From Prasinococcaceae sp. CCMP 1430 (taxonomy: Eukaryota; Plantae; Prasinodermophyta), in assembly GCA_013416795.1 (NCBI GenBank), contig RQSC01000033.1:92583-156582 (forward strand): a stretch of DNA of 64,000 nucleotides, written 5' to 3'. The notes below the pieces were generated by a model. That model was not told where the DNA came from, searched no databases, and was given only the letters and a program-made list of their open reading frames with translations. Made by a program: the position numbers and the translations under genes. Positions 21,052 to 30,449 of the stretch are shown here, piece by piece; the stretch's first letter is position 1; each line of letters opens with the position of its first letter.

Positions 21052-22149
21052 TCACGAGGCGAGCACGGCATGCTGTTGAATTGGCGACGGCTGCTGCTGC
21101 TGCTGCTGCTGCCCCGTGTGCTGATGATCCTCGGCGAGATTCAGCACCCCAATTTCCAACCCCTGCCGAGCGGGTACGCCAGCCTCAGCGCCAGCAGCTG
21201 CTCCAGCGGCTGAACCCTCGTCGATGAACGAGAGCAGCGACCTGTGCGCACCTAGTGGCCGCAGCAGGAGTGTTCCGCCGAGCCACCGATTGTAGATGAA
21301 GAGCCGCTCCGGCAGCTCGGCGTCAGGCGGGCAGGTGTCTGTCACGACGAGCATGCATGGCGCCAGACCACGCCGCGCTCGGTCTTCGCTAGCATAGTCA
21401 CGGGCCGCTGCCAGCGCCGCCAGCGTGCGAACGAGCGCTCGGTCTGCGAAGCGTCCGCTGCCGCCGGTGCCACCACCGGGTGCACTATTGGCTCCCACCA
21501 GACCGCCGCCGTAGGCACATGCATGCAGCTCGCCCAGGTCGTCCACGAGGATCGCCGAGGGGGGCGGGTGCTCTGAGAGGTGCACGCTGGCCGCCCACTC
21601 GCGAAGCTCCTCCTCAGAGCGCACGTACTTTGAGGCAGGCAGGAATGACCCGTGCCCGCGTCGGAGAGTGCGGGCAGGCCACATGCACATGAACCAGAGC
21701 GATTTGAATCGAGTTGGCGGGAAAACATCAGCGCAGAGGCATGGGGCGCAGCATCCGATGTCAGAAGGCAGCAAAGGCAAAGCCACGGCGTTCGCCGCGA
21801 GAGCAGTGTCCGCGCGGGGGGCACACGCTGGCTGGCGGCTCACCTTCACGAGGACCCTTTCGAGCGCTGCATCGCCCTCAGGCGGCGCGCCTGCGAGCGC
21901 GTCGAACTCCTGCCCGGCTCGCACGACGAGCCACACGGCCCCAGCACGGCCGCCCGCACCCTCCCCATCCCCCGAACTCTCCTCCTCGGCCGCGGTGGCG
22001 GCGGCAGCCACCGCCATCTGACACAGTGCCGCCGTGCGCCCCGACCGCGGGGCTCCCGCCAGCAGCGCGCCGCGGGCCGGCAACGCAGCATCCGCGCCGC
22101 AACGCGACTCGTCGCGCGCACGAAGGAACGCGTGCGCAGCGAGCGCCAT
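21052..22149 (-). CDS. SWSAP1: SWSAP1-like RAD51-paralog/RecA-fold protein (Shu complex); exons 22149-21844 and 21627-21052
   Basis: LLAGAPRSGRT (Walker A-like), VWLVVR, LERVLVK|YVRSEEELREWAASVHL..PPPSAILVDDL (Walker B-like), LAALAAA, and YNRWL follow the order and spacing of SWSAP1 motifs. Confidence 0.7.
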   Translation of the reverse strand: MALAAHAFLRARDESRCGADAALPARGALLAGAPRSGRTAALCQMAVAAAATAAEEESSGDGEGAGGRAGAVWLVVRAGQEFDALAGAPPEGDAALERVLVKVSRQPACAPRADTALAANAVALPLLPSDIGCCAPCLCADVFPPTRFKSLWFMCMWPARTLRRGHGSFLPASKYVRSEEELREWAASVHLSEHPPPSAILVDDLGELHACAYGGGLVGANSAPGGGTGGSGRFADRALVRTLAALAAARDYASEDRARRGLAPCMLVVTDTCPPDAELPERLFIYNRWLGGTLLLRPLGAHRSLLSFIDEGSAAGAAAGAEAGVPARQGLEIGVLNLAEDHQHTGQQQQQQQPSPIQQHAVLAS

Positions 22150-22522
22150 CGGCACACACGAAAAGGAGACGGAAAGGGCTGCGCGTCCGCGCCCCGAGTC
22201 AATGCCGCGCGCACTGTGGCGAGCGCTGCTCGTGGCGCCCCGCCCACGAAAGCCCGAACCAGACCCGACGCTCACAAAACCCGGTGTGTGATCGTCCTCT
22301 CCGGGTCTATCGGGGTCGGCCCTTTTGTGCACGCACGGCCGGGGCGAGACCCCGGTCTAGCACGTGTCTGCGGGCTTTCCCGGGACGCGCCGACCCACCA
22401 CCACCTGAGCTCTCCGACGATCGATCCAGGAATTTCTTGGAGATCCCAGCCACTCTGCTTGGCTGGATGGCTGGCAGGCGGGCAGCTGGCAAGGTTGATC
22501 AAACGCACCGATTGATTGATTG

Positions 22523-23680
22523 ATGGTCGTGCAGCAGTGTGGCGCCGTGCCGGGTGCGGGTGCGAGCCGTCGGCCGCCGGCGCCAGGCAGCGCGCGGCCG
22601 TCGGGCGGACCGCGGCGCGCGAGACGGCGGCGCCTGCGGATGTGCCTCGCCAAGTCGCCGGGCGCCGCGCTCGAGCGCCTGCAGCAGCACGACTCGGGGC
22701 GGGGTGCCCTTGCGGGGAGCGAATACGATGCCTATGCCTCTCGCGAGGCAGACCTCGGCGGCGCGAGCTGCGCCACGCCGTCGTCGTCGCGTGGTGCGCC
22801 CGCGGACTGTCGCCCAAGCGAGCAGCAACTCTACGCGATGCTCTCCCTTGACAAGTATTTCTTCGGGCGACACGAGGATGCGCGCCGGCACCCGTCCACG
22901 CAGACGCTGAACATCCCGCTGCTGGCCGCGCGACAACCGGCGCTGCTGACTCTCCCCGCACCCGAGGTGGTGGCTTTAATCGCGCGCGTGCGCGCTGTGC
23001 TCGGAGCAGGCGCGCCGCTGTCCTCGCTTCTCGAGTCCCACGCCAACGCGCTTGTGGATGGCGCGAGCGACGTGGTGGCGGTGCTGCGTCGTATCGAGGC
23101 CGCGCACCCCGGCGCCATCGGTGGCCACGCGCAGCGTGCACGCCTGCGCTCGTACGAGCCCGCCGCCGCCGTGCGCCGGCGCGGACCGATGAGCGCCCAG
23201 GAGGCCGTTGCCATTGCGCAGTCCAACGACGCCAGGCAGAAGAATGGGGAGGCCAACGCGCGCACGCGGGCGCCTCGCCGCGAGCGCGAGCTCGCGTATC
23301 GCGAGAGGTTCCCTGTCGGCGGTACCTACAAGGGCGTTGCCGACCGTGACGCTGATTTAGTCGTGCGGTTCTGGAATTTGTGGGGCGGTAGCAACCGGTG
23401 CCGTGGCATCATGAGCGCCTCGAGCAAGCGCTCGGTCTACCGCTCGCCGCAGGATCTCGAACGAATAGTGGTGAATGTCGACCGCGCGCTCCCTTACGTC
23501 GACGCGCCCATGTTGCTGACAAATGAACCCGAGCTGCTGCAGTTGACCCCTACGGAGATAGTGCGCGCGTATGTGCGCGTGGGTCTGCAAGGCGGCTGGG
23601 AGCGCGACGTCGTCGCAAGGGTCGCGGACGACCCCACCGTTCTGCTCGGCGCCGTTCAGTCCGAGGCAGCGACGGCCTGA
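22523..23680 (+). CDS. Hypothetical organelle-targeted protein with degenerate helical (mTERF-like) repeats
   Basis: Arg/Ala-rich transit-like N-terminus, then LLAARQPALLTLPAPEVV and LLTNEPELLQLTPTEIV repeats. Confidence 0.55.
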   Translation: MVVQQCGAVPGAGASRRPPAPGSARPSGGPRRARRRRLRMCLAKSPGAALERLQQHDSGRGALAGSEYDAYASREADLGGASCATPSSSRGAPADCRPSEQQLYAMLSLDKYFFGRHEDARRHPSTQTLNIPLLAARQPALLTLPAPEVVALIARVRAVLGAGAPLSSLLESHANALVDGASDVVAVLRRIEAAHPGAIGGHAQRARLRSYEPAAAVRRRGPMSAQEAVAIAQSNDARQKNGEANARTRAPRRERELAYRERFPVGGTYKGVADRDADLVVRFWNLWGGSNRCRGIMSASSKRSVYRSPQDLERIVVNVDRALPYVDAPMLLTNEPELLQLTPTEIVRAYVRVGLQGGWERDVVARVADDPTVLLGAVQSEAATA

Positions 23681-23802
23681 ATGTCTGCACACCACAGCGT
23701 GCTATGGCTATTCGTCTTCACATGTATAATTACGGGGACCTGTGGTGAGCAGTAAGTTTTGTTCATTCTTTCGCAACTCGCACAGCACGTGCGGTCGCCC
23801 GC

Positions 23803-25620
23803 TCACAGCCCCTCTTCGATGTCGGGTTCGCTCACGGGCATCTTGACGACCGCACTGAGCAGCGGGGTGCGACTGTTGCCCACGACGTATACTTTCACGA
23901 CTCCTGACACGCCTGCCTCGGGCGCTAGACATGTCATGCGCACTGTGTAGGTGTACGTAAGACCCGGCACGAGCACGGGCACCACGAGCTGCGAGCGCTC
24001 GAGTAAGTATAGGGAATCGTCGCAAGCGAGCGTAATCGGCACGTGGCGCACAGCCTTCGCGCCAGTGTTCTGCACCCCAAGCTGCAGGTTGAAATGCGGC
24101 CCGAAGCCCTGCACCTGCGCATTGAGCCTGAGGCTCGAGCCCGCCACGTAGCTCACCGGGCCCTGCCCGTCGGTGAGCACCTTCACATACGCCCGCGCGG
24201 TGTTTAGCCTCAGCTTGCACAGGTCGCGCTGGAAGATGCGGTGCATGTCCACGCCTTGTTCGCGCTCTCGTTGGGTCTGCTCGACGAACAGGCGCGTCTT
24301 GCGCGGAACTGCAAGCGGGATGTCCTGCTCGGGCGGCGGCCCGCTGGACTGGGCCTTTGCCTCGAGATCTGTAGAGCGCGGCAGGATCTTGATTGCGAGC
24401 GCGCCACCCACGTACGAGAGCGACAGCACGGCGTCCTCGCGGCCGTAGGATCCGAAGCACATACCAGCAATAGGTTCTCCCCCGCCGGGTGCGTACGAGC
24501 CTACCAAGTTTTTGCCGAGGTACACGCGCACCTCCCCCGTCCGCAGCGCCACGATCGAAGCATAGAGCTGGCGATTCCGCTCCAAAGTGAGCGCCTCCAG
24601 CGCCACCGCGGGGCTGGGCAAGTACGCGGAGTGCTGCCGCCGCCCCTTGAGCGAGAAAGTTTGCAGCGTCGAGTTCATGCAGGCAACAACGATGAGCTTG
24701 TTTGCACGCGTGAGCCCACATGACTGCGAGTCGAGCTCGATGGTCCCCCGCTGCAGCACGCCGTCTTTGATGGTGTATACATGAGCGTCGCGGCACGCCA
24801 CCACGATGCGGTAGTCAACTTTCATGCTGCCCGTGCATTTGAGCACGACAGGCGCACTCGGCAGCCGCACAGTCACCAAAGCCTTCGAGGTGGACTCGTC
24901 CAGCACGAGCACCGTGCCGTCCTCGAGCCCAAGAACGAGCAGCCCCACGCCGTTCTCGTCTTCCTCGCCGTCGCGCGAGAGCACCCCCATGCACGTGGTG
25001 ACCGTGGGCGGAGCGAGCGGCTCGCCTGCGACGCGAGACGCCCACTCCGCGACGAGCTCGGCCTCTCCCTCAGAACTCTCTGCGAGCTCGAGCAGCTCGT
25101 GCGAGCGGTCCGCAGTCAGGCCATGCGGCGCGTCGCGCAGCCCGGCGAGCGTGTGCAGGGTCGTTTCGAGGGTAGCTGAGCGGTCTGCGAGCGCCCGCCA
25201 TGCGGCTGCCTCTGCGGGCGCGACGTGCGTGCGCGGCAGCGTGAACTTGAAGTACGGTCGCATCTTGCGGTAGATGAAGACCTGCGAGCCCGCAGCAACG
25301 GCGAGCATCGGCATCCGTTTGCCACCCGCGACGCGCGAGGCACTCTCGTTGTCGGGGCAGAACGAAATGATGCAGCTCGGGCGCTCCAGCAGCGCGTGCT
25401 CACTGATCATCTGCGTGCCCTTGAATACCTTGAGCTTCTTGCCCGTCGCAACGACGAGGCGGTTCTCGCCGTCGCCCGCCAGGTCGGCGTAGCACATGCA
25501 CGAGCTCGGTGCGGGCGCCGCTGCGACTGGGTCGTGCCACGCATCCAGCCACAGCGGCGCGGCCTTTGCGTGCTTCGTGCTGGCTGCGGCATCCGTTGCG
25601 GGGGGCGCCGCCGCGGCCAT
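23803..25620 (-). CDS. BBS1: Bardet-Biedl syndrome 1 protein (BBSome subunit), intronless
   Basis: WLDAWHDPVA, ADLAGDGENRLVVA, LAVAAGSQVFIYRKMRPYFKFTLP, DYRIVVACRD, FGSYGRED, PPPEQDIPLAVPRKTRLFVEQTQRERE..MHRIFQRDL. Confidence 0.96.
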   Translation of the reverse strand: MAAAAPPATDAAASTKHAKAAPLWLDAWHDPVAAAPAPSSCMCYADLAGDGENRLVVATGKKLKVFKGTQMISEHALLERPSCIISFCPDNESASRVAGGKRMPMLAVAAGSQVFIYRKMRPYFKFTLPRTHVAPAEAAAWRALADRSATLETTLHTLAGLRDAPHGLTADRSHELLELAESSEGEAELVAEWASRVAGEPLAPPTVTTCMGVLSRDGEEDENGVGLLVLGLEDGTVLVLDESTSKALVTVRLPSAPVVLKCTGSMKVDYRIVVACRDAHVYTIKDGVLQRGTIELDSQSCGLTRANKLIVVACMNSTLQTFSLKGRRQHSAYLPSPAVALEALTLERNRQLYASIVALRTGEVRVYLGKNLVGSYAPGGGEPIAGMCFGSYGREDAVLSLSYVGGALAIKILPRSTDLEAKAQSSGPPPEQDIPLAVPRKTRLFVEQTQREREQGVDMHRIFQRDLCKLRLNTARAYVKVLTDGQGPVSYVAGSSLRLNAQVQGFGPHFNLQLGVQNTGAKAVRHVPITLACDDSLYLLERSQLVVPVLVPGLTYTYTVRMTCLAPEAGVSGVVKVYVVGNSRTPLLSAVVKMPVSEPDIEEGL

Positions 25621-25661
25621 GTCGAGGGCCCGCGAGGCCGCCAGGCCGCGGGGCCGCGCGC

Positions 25662-25664
<3 letters not shown>

Positions 25665-25708
<44 letters not shown>
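25665..25708. repeat. 44-nt poly(C) tract (poly-G on the BBS1 sense strand, 5' flank)
   Basis: Uninterrupted C run ending 45 bp upstream of the BBS1 ATG. Confidence 0.9.
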
Positions 25709-26642
25709 TGCGCCGCGCCACGCCGCGCCGCGCGCCACGTCTGCCTGCCTGTGCGGCGCGTGCGCGGGGAACGCGGCTGGCTGCAACGGGAGCACCAGAG
25801 TGCTGACCGGGCCCGGCCGGACCCTGCCAGGAGACGAACCCAACCCCAAACGCGCGCGCTCGCCTGTCGACGTGTCTGTTGGCGCGCGGTTCGAACGAAC
25901 CCCGCCGGCGGACGTTTTCGGCGCGGGTTCCGTCGAGGGCGCACGCGCGCGCGATGGCGGGCGGCGTTTCCAACTCCGGAGAAAAAAGCGCGGGGACGCG
26001 CGGCGCGCGCCGGGGTCGGAACGCATGCGCGGCGCGGAGGCCGCTCCGGTCGGGTGCGTTCGGAGGTACGAATGGGATCTCCCGTGGGGGAATTTTGAAT
26101 TCGGCCGCGGCGCGCTGCTGCGCCGCGAGCGCGAGCGAAAAGCGCGGCGCGGCGGCGCGCCACATGCCCCCTGTGCTGCCAGCGCGGCAACGATGGCACT
26201 CGCGGCGCTGCCGCCCACGGACGCCTCATTGCGGTTCGTTCGCTGAAAGGGTCCATATCTGGGGCGCGAGGGCGCCCGCGAACCTGACATTGAATGAGGC
26301 CCTCGCGCCCGGACGGCGGCCCCGGCGGGAGCGGGAGGTTTAGGTTTCGACGGGGGGCGACCGGACCCGCCCGCGGCGCGTCCCATCCGGACGCGACGCG
26401 CGGATCTTTCGGCTGCACGCAACGCGACGAATTACGACCGAACCGCGTTGCGCGCGCGGACCAAACCGGACCGAACCTCCCCTTCGCGCGCGCGTTTCGG
26501 TCGGTTGCGCGTTGCGGTCGGCGCGGCTCGCGCGCGCGCGCGCNGGGGTGGCGGGAGGGGAGCGCGCGCGCGCGGGCGCGGGGAGAACGCGGCGCGGATG
26601 CGGTGCCACACTGCACCTGCAGCAACACCCCCTACAGTCACC

Positions 26643-27816
26643 ATGGCCGCCATCACCTCCTCCTTCATGGGCGCCGCCGTGCAGGCCAAGGCCGTGCGCA
26701 AGGCGCAGGCCTCGAAGCAGCTCGCCGTGCGCGCCGACATCTACCCGGTGCGTCGAGCGGCCGCGCGAGCGCTTGCGCGGGCGGGCATGTGAGCGCGGCG
26801 CGCACGAGTCGGGAAGGGGATGGGGGAGCGCGCAGGCGAGCGGCGGCGCTGCGGAGCGCGGCACGCGCGCGCAGCTGTCGCGGCCATCGCGGCTGGCGCC
26901 CGCCATTGGGCTGGGCTGCTAGAGCGCCACTCGGATGCGCGCCGGTGCAAGGCTTGGCGGCGCAATCGATGGCTGTGGCGCGCGGGCCCGCCAACGCCGC
27001 TCGCGCTCGCTCGCTGGTGCCACAGCCGCGATCGACGCGAGGCCCGACGGCCCCGACGGCGCGCATCGCCGCTTTTGCGCGTGGGACACTCGGCCCGACC
27101 GTGACCGCGCGGCGTGCCTGGCACCGCCTCGCCGCTCCCCTCTCCGGCGTGCAAAAGTGTGCTGCAATCAATCGGGCGCTGACTCCCCCGCCCTCTTCCG
27201 CGCCCCCTCGCAGGAGTTCGGCACGTACCCGGGCGGCGGCGAGTCGCCGATCATGCCCTTCTCGGAGGAGAAGAACGCCGAGCGCGAGATCATCCACGGC
27301 CGCTTCGCCATGCTCGGCGTGACCGGCGCGTGGGCGTCGGAGAACGGCACCGGCATCCCCTGGTTCGAGGCGGGCGCCCTGTGCACCCCCGACGACTGCA
27401 CCGCCATCGCGGACAAGTTCCCGGGCGCCGTCGCGCCGCTGGCCCCGGAGGGCTCCGGCTACCCGTCGTTCGCGGCCGTGCTGGGCATTGAGATCGTCCT
27501 CATGGGCCTGGCCGAGGGCTACCGCACCGGCGTGGTGGACCCGGCGTTCGACGAGCTCACCGTCGGCGACGCCAACCCGGGCGGCCGCTTCGACCCCCTC
27601 AACCTGTCGGAGTCGAACGACCTCGAGGAGCTGAAGATCAAGGAGCTCAAGCACTGCCGCCTCGCCATGTTCGCGTGGAACGGCTGCATCAACCAGGCCA
27701 TCGTCACCAAGGAGGGCCCCATCGCCAACTGGTCCGCGCACGTCGCCGACCCCATCCACGAGAACATCATGGCGCCGGGCTTCTGCAAGGACTTCACCCT
27801 GTACTGCATCCACTAA
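26643..27816 (+). CDS. LHCP: Prasinophyte-type light-harvesting chlorophyll protein Lhcp; exons 26643-26747 and 27214-27816
   Basis: ADIYP|EFGTYPGGGESPIMPF..EKNAEREIIHGR.AMLGVTGAW.SENGTGIPWF.AG.LCTPDDCTA.ADKFPGAVAPLAPEGSGYPSF...ELKIKELKHCRLAMFAW is the Lhcp signature. Confidence 0.96.
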
Positions 27817-28112
27817 ATGCCTCGCGCACGGAGGGGCGGCGGCGACGGATTCGACCACCGCGGCCGCGCCGCGCGATTTTTGCCAGGGCACCCTGTAACA
27901 CAGCTGAGCAGTGATGTTACTCACGCACTCCCATCTCGGCGGAGCCGCATTCTTGCTATGGGCGTGTGGCGCCACCAGAGCGTCGGGCGCCGCCCGCGCG
28001 GCTGCGGCGACTTTGTACAGGTCGGTATTGTTACATTGGCGTGCGGCTGCTGGCGCGCGCGTAGACAGCGGCGTTGCTCGCGCCCTCGCGCGGGTCGCCG
28101 GACGGTCCCCTC

Positions 28113-29180
28113 TCAGACGTCAGCGCGCCTTCCCTCCATGCCCTCGAGCAGCGGGCACATCTTGGTCTGGAGGCTTCGCACCTCATGCTCGAGGCTGAGC
28201 AGCAGCTCGCCTCCAGGCGCGCGCAGGTCCGTGCAGCGGAACTGCACGGGCTCGAGCGGAGCATCCAGCGCGGCGAACCTGTCCGATGGCTTGGCGACGC
28301 CCGCGGCGGTCGCGCGCTCGCGCGCCTCGGCCCACCCGCGCACGTAGACGCACAGGTGCCAGCCGCGCGTGCGCCTGCTGGTCCAGTACTCTCGGGGATC
28401 GGGGGCGTCGGCGCTCTCGACGAAGGTCAGACGCTGGTAGGGGCCTACCACCACCGACCACGCGGCGGCCTGCGCGCTCTCCAAGCCCGCCGCCTCGAAG
28501 ACCTCCATGCCGAAGACGTCTCCGTACATCGCGGCGAGCTTGCGGGCGACGCCCGGCCTGACCGGGAGCTCGAGGCCAGCGAGTGCCAGGCATTCGTCGC
28601 CGCCGCCACCCGGATGCGCGCCGATGGCGGACGGCTCCAGCGCCTCGCGCACGTCCTCAGGCGCCTCTACGAGCTCGAAAGCGTTGCCCCATGGGCAAGT
28701 CACGCGCACCACCGGGCCTGGGCAGCCGAGCTCGCCCGCGCGCGCAGACTCGTCCTTTGCGAAGGCGAACTGGGTGCCGGCGAGCGCAGGCTGCGCCCGG
28801 GCGGCCCTCAGCCGCGCCAGCGACCTCGACGCGCTGCGCACCCACAGCCGCACCACCCCTGCTAGCACCTGCGCCTCCCCTACGTACGGGCTGCCGTCCT
28901 CAACGCGTGCCTCGCGCAGCGAGTCCGACCCGCCCTCCAGGTCGCGCACGGCCTCACCGACACCGTCGGGCGGAGTGTCGGCGAACGGCGCGTGCACCTG
29001 CGAAACGCCGAGGTTGACGTGCAGCTGGTGCCGGCGCGTGCCGAGCGGGTGCACGGCACCCCCGAGCGCGCCCACGTAGAATGCGTGTGCCGCCGCACGG
29101 TCGGGCACGTTGAGGTTGACGTGCTCGAGCAGCGCTCCGTTGCCGCCGCCTCGCGTCAGCGAAGGCGTCACCGGGTCCAT
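28113..29180 (-). CDS. VOC/glyoxalase-bleomycin resistance superfamily protein, intronless
   Basis: LEHVNLNVPD...FYVGALG...HVNLG.SQ.H.P, VTCPWGN, LELPV..G.A.KLA..Y...FGM, VGPYQ.L.F.E, WHLCVYV, LEHEVRS. Confidence 0.8.
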   Translation of the reverse strand: MDPVTPSLTRGGGNGALLEHVNLNVPDRAAAHAFYVGALGGAVHPLGTRRHQLHVNLGVSQVHAPFADTPPDGVGEAVRDLEGGSDSLREARVEDGSPYVGEAQVLAGVVRLWVRSASRSLARLRAARAQPALAGTQFAFAKDESARAGELGCPGPVVRVTCPWGNAFELVEAPEDVREALEPSAIGAHPGGGGDECLALAGLELPVRPGVARKLAAMYGDVFGMEVFEAAGLESAQAAAWSVVVGPYQRLTFVESADAPDPREYWTSRRTRGWHLCVYVRGWAEARERATAAGVAKPSDRFAALDAPLEPVQFRCTDLRAPGGELLLSLEHEVRSLQTKMCPLLEGMEGRRADV

Positions 29181-29335
29181 CCCCGCCGCTCTCGCACGGG
29201 GTCGGACGCGCCCCACGCCGCCACCGCGGCCTGTCCTCCGAAGAGCACCGCGCGTGCGCAGTGCGGCGCGCATGAGCTGGTAGCGCCGCGCCGGCCGCCT
29301 CCCCCATGCGACCGCTTGCGCACGCTGTGGCACGC

Positions 29336-30196
29336 ATGATGATAGCGAATTTTGCCGCCGCACGCACGCACGCACGCACCGCACGCCACGCGCGCGTTGC
29401 GTTTGCGCCACAAAGCGCGCGGCGCTTGCGGCCGCGGCGATGCGATCAGCCGTGCGTGGCGGCAACCGCGGCAGCGGCGCACAGGCCCGTCGCTGCGGAG
29501 CTCGCGTCAGAGCGGCTGCGCGTGGCCCAGCTCGAGGCGGCACTGGTGCAGTACGAGCAGACGCTGCAGCGCACGCTGGACGACCGCGCGCGCGAGCGCA
29601 CGCAGGCGCGCCTCGCAGCCGAGCGCGCGGTGGCAGACGTGCACGTGGCGCGCAAGGACGCGGAGGGCGCGCGGGAGACGCTCGCCGCGCTCAAGCAGCG
29701 GTACGAGGGCTCCAAGGCGGCGCTCTCCGACGCGGCGCACAATGAGAGCACGTGGCGCGCGGCGCTCGCCGCGGCGAACGAGCAGGTCGAAGCGGTCAAA
29801 GCGGAGGCGGAGGCTGCGCGCGCGGAGCGCGACGAGGAGCGCAAGCAGGCCCAGGAGCTACTCGCGGATCTGGCGTTCACTAAGAACGAGCTGGAGATGA
29901 TGGCACCACTGAAGGACCGGGTGAAGGACTTAGAAGCGGAGCTCGACGCAGCAAAGGGGGGGGTATCGGCGGCGGAGAACGCGGCGGACGCTGCGCGCAC
30001 CGCCCAGGCTGAGGCGCGTACGCGGCTTGCGGACCTGCAGCACTCGCTCGACGAGCACAAGACGATCAACTTGCGGCAGGTCAAGGCTCTCGCCAAGGAG
30101 AAAGACGCCAAAGAGAAGCTCGAAAAGGAGAATGTTGAGCTCAAGCAGCTGCTCGAGGAGGCCTTCGCCCGACTCGAGGCCGCCGGAGCGCAGTGA
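29336..30196 (+). CDS. TACC-domain-like coiled-coil protein (5' end uncertain; possible acceptor at 29484)
   Basis: LEAALVQYEQTLQRTLDDRARER-(33 aa)-RYEGSKAALSDAAHNE ... EKENVELKQLLEEAFARL follows TACC_C landmarks with matching spacing. Confidence 0.7.
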   Translation: MMIANFAAARTHARTARHARVAFAPQSARRLRPRRCDQPCVAATAAAAHRPVAAELASERLRVAQLEAALVQYEQTLQRTLDDRARERTQARLAAERAVADVHVARKDAEGARETLAALKQRYEGSKAALSDAAHNESTWRAALAAANEQVEAVKAEAEAARAERDEERKQAQELLADLAFTKNELEMMAPLKDRVKDLEAELDAAKGGVSAAENAADAARTAQAEARTRLADLQHSLDEHKTINLRQVKALAKEKDAKEKLEKENVELKQLLEEAFARLEAAGAQ

Positions 30197-30449
30197 TGCG
30201 CTGCAGTCGCCCGCTGCACTATGGCGTGTACAGACGACTACGTTCGGGGGGTGGGGTGGGGCCGATTCGGGAGGAGCGTCGACGATGGTCGAAGGGCGAG
30301 CGAGAGGCGCAGGTCGGCACTGCGACCTACGCGCCATGCACCTGCATCATTTAGCAGATCGAGCAGCGCGCGTCAAGCGTCACGCGATAGAATGCCGCTG
30401 GCGGGGGGGTGCGCGAGCGTAAGACGAAGCAATTACTCGCCGTCGCTCA

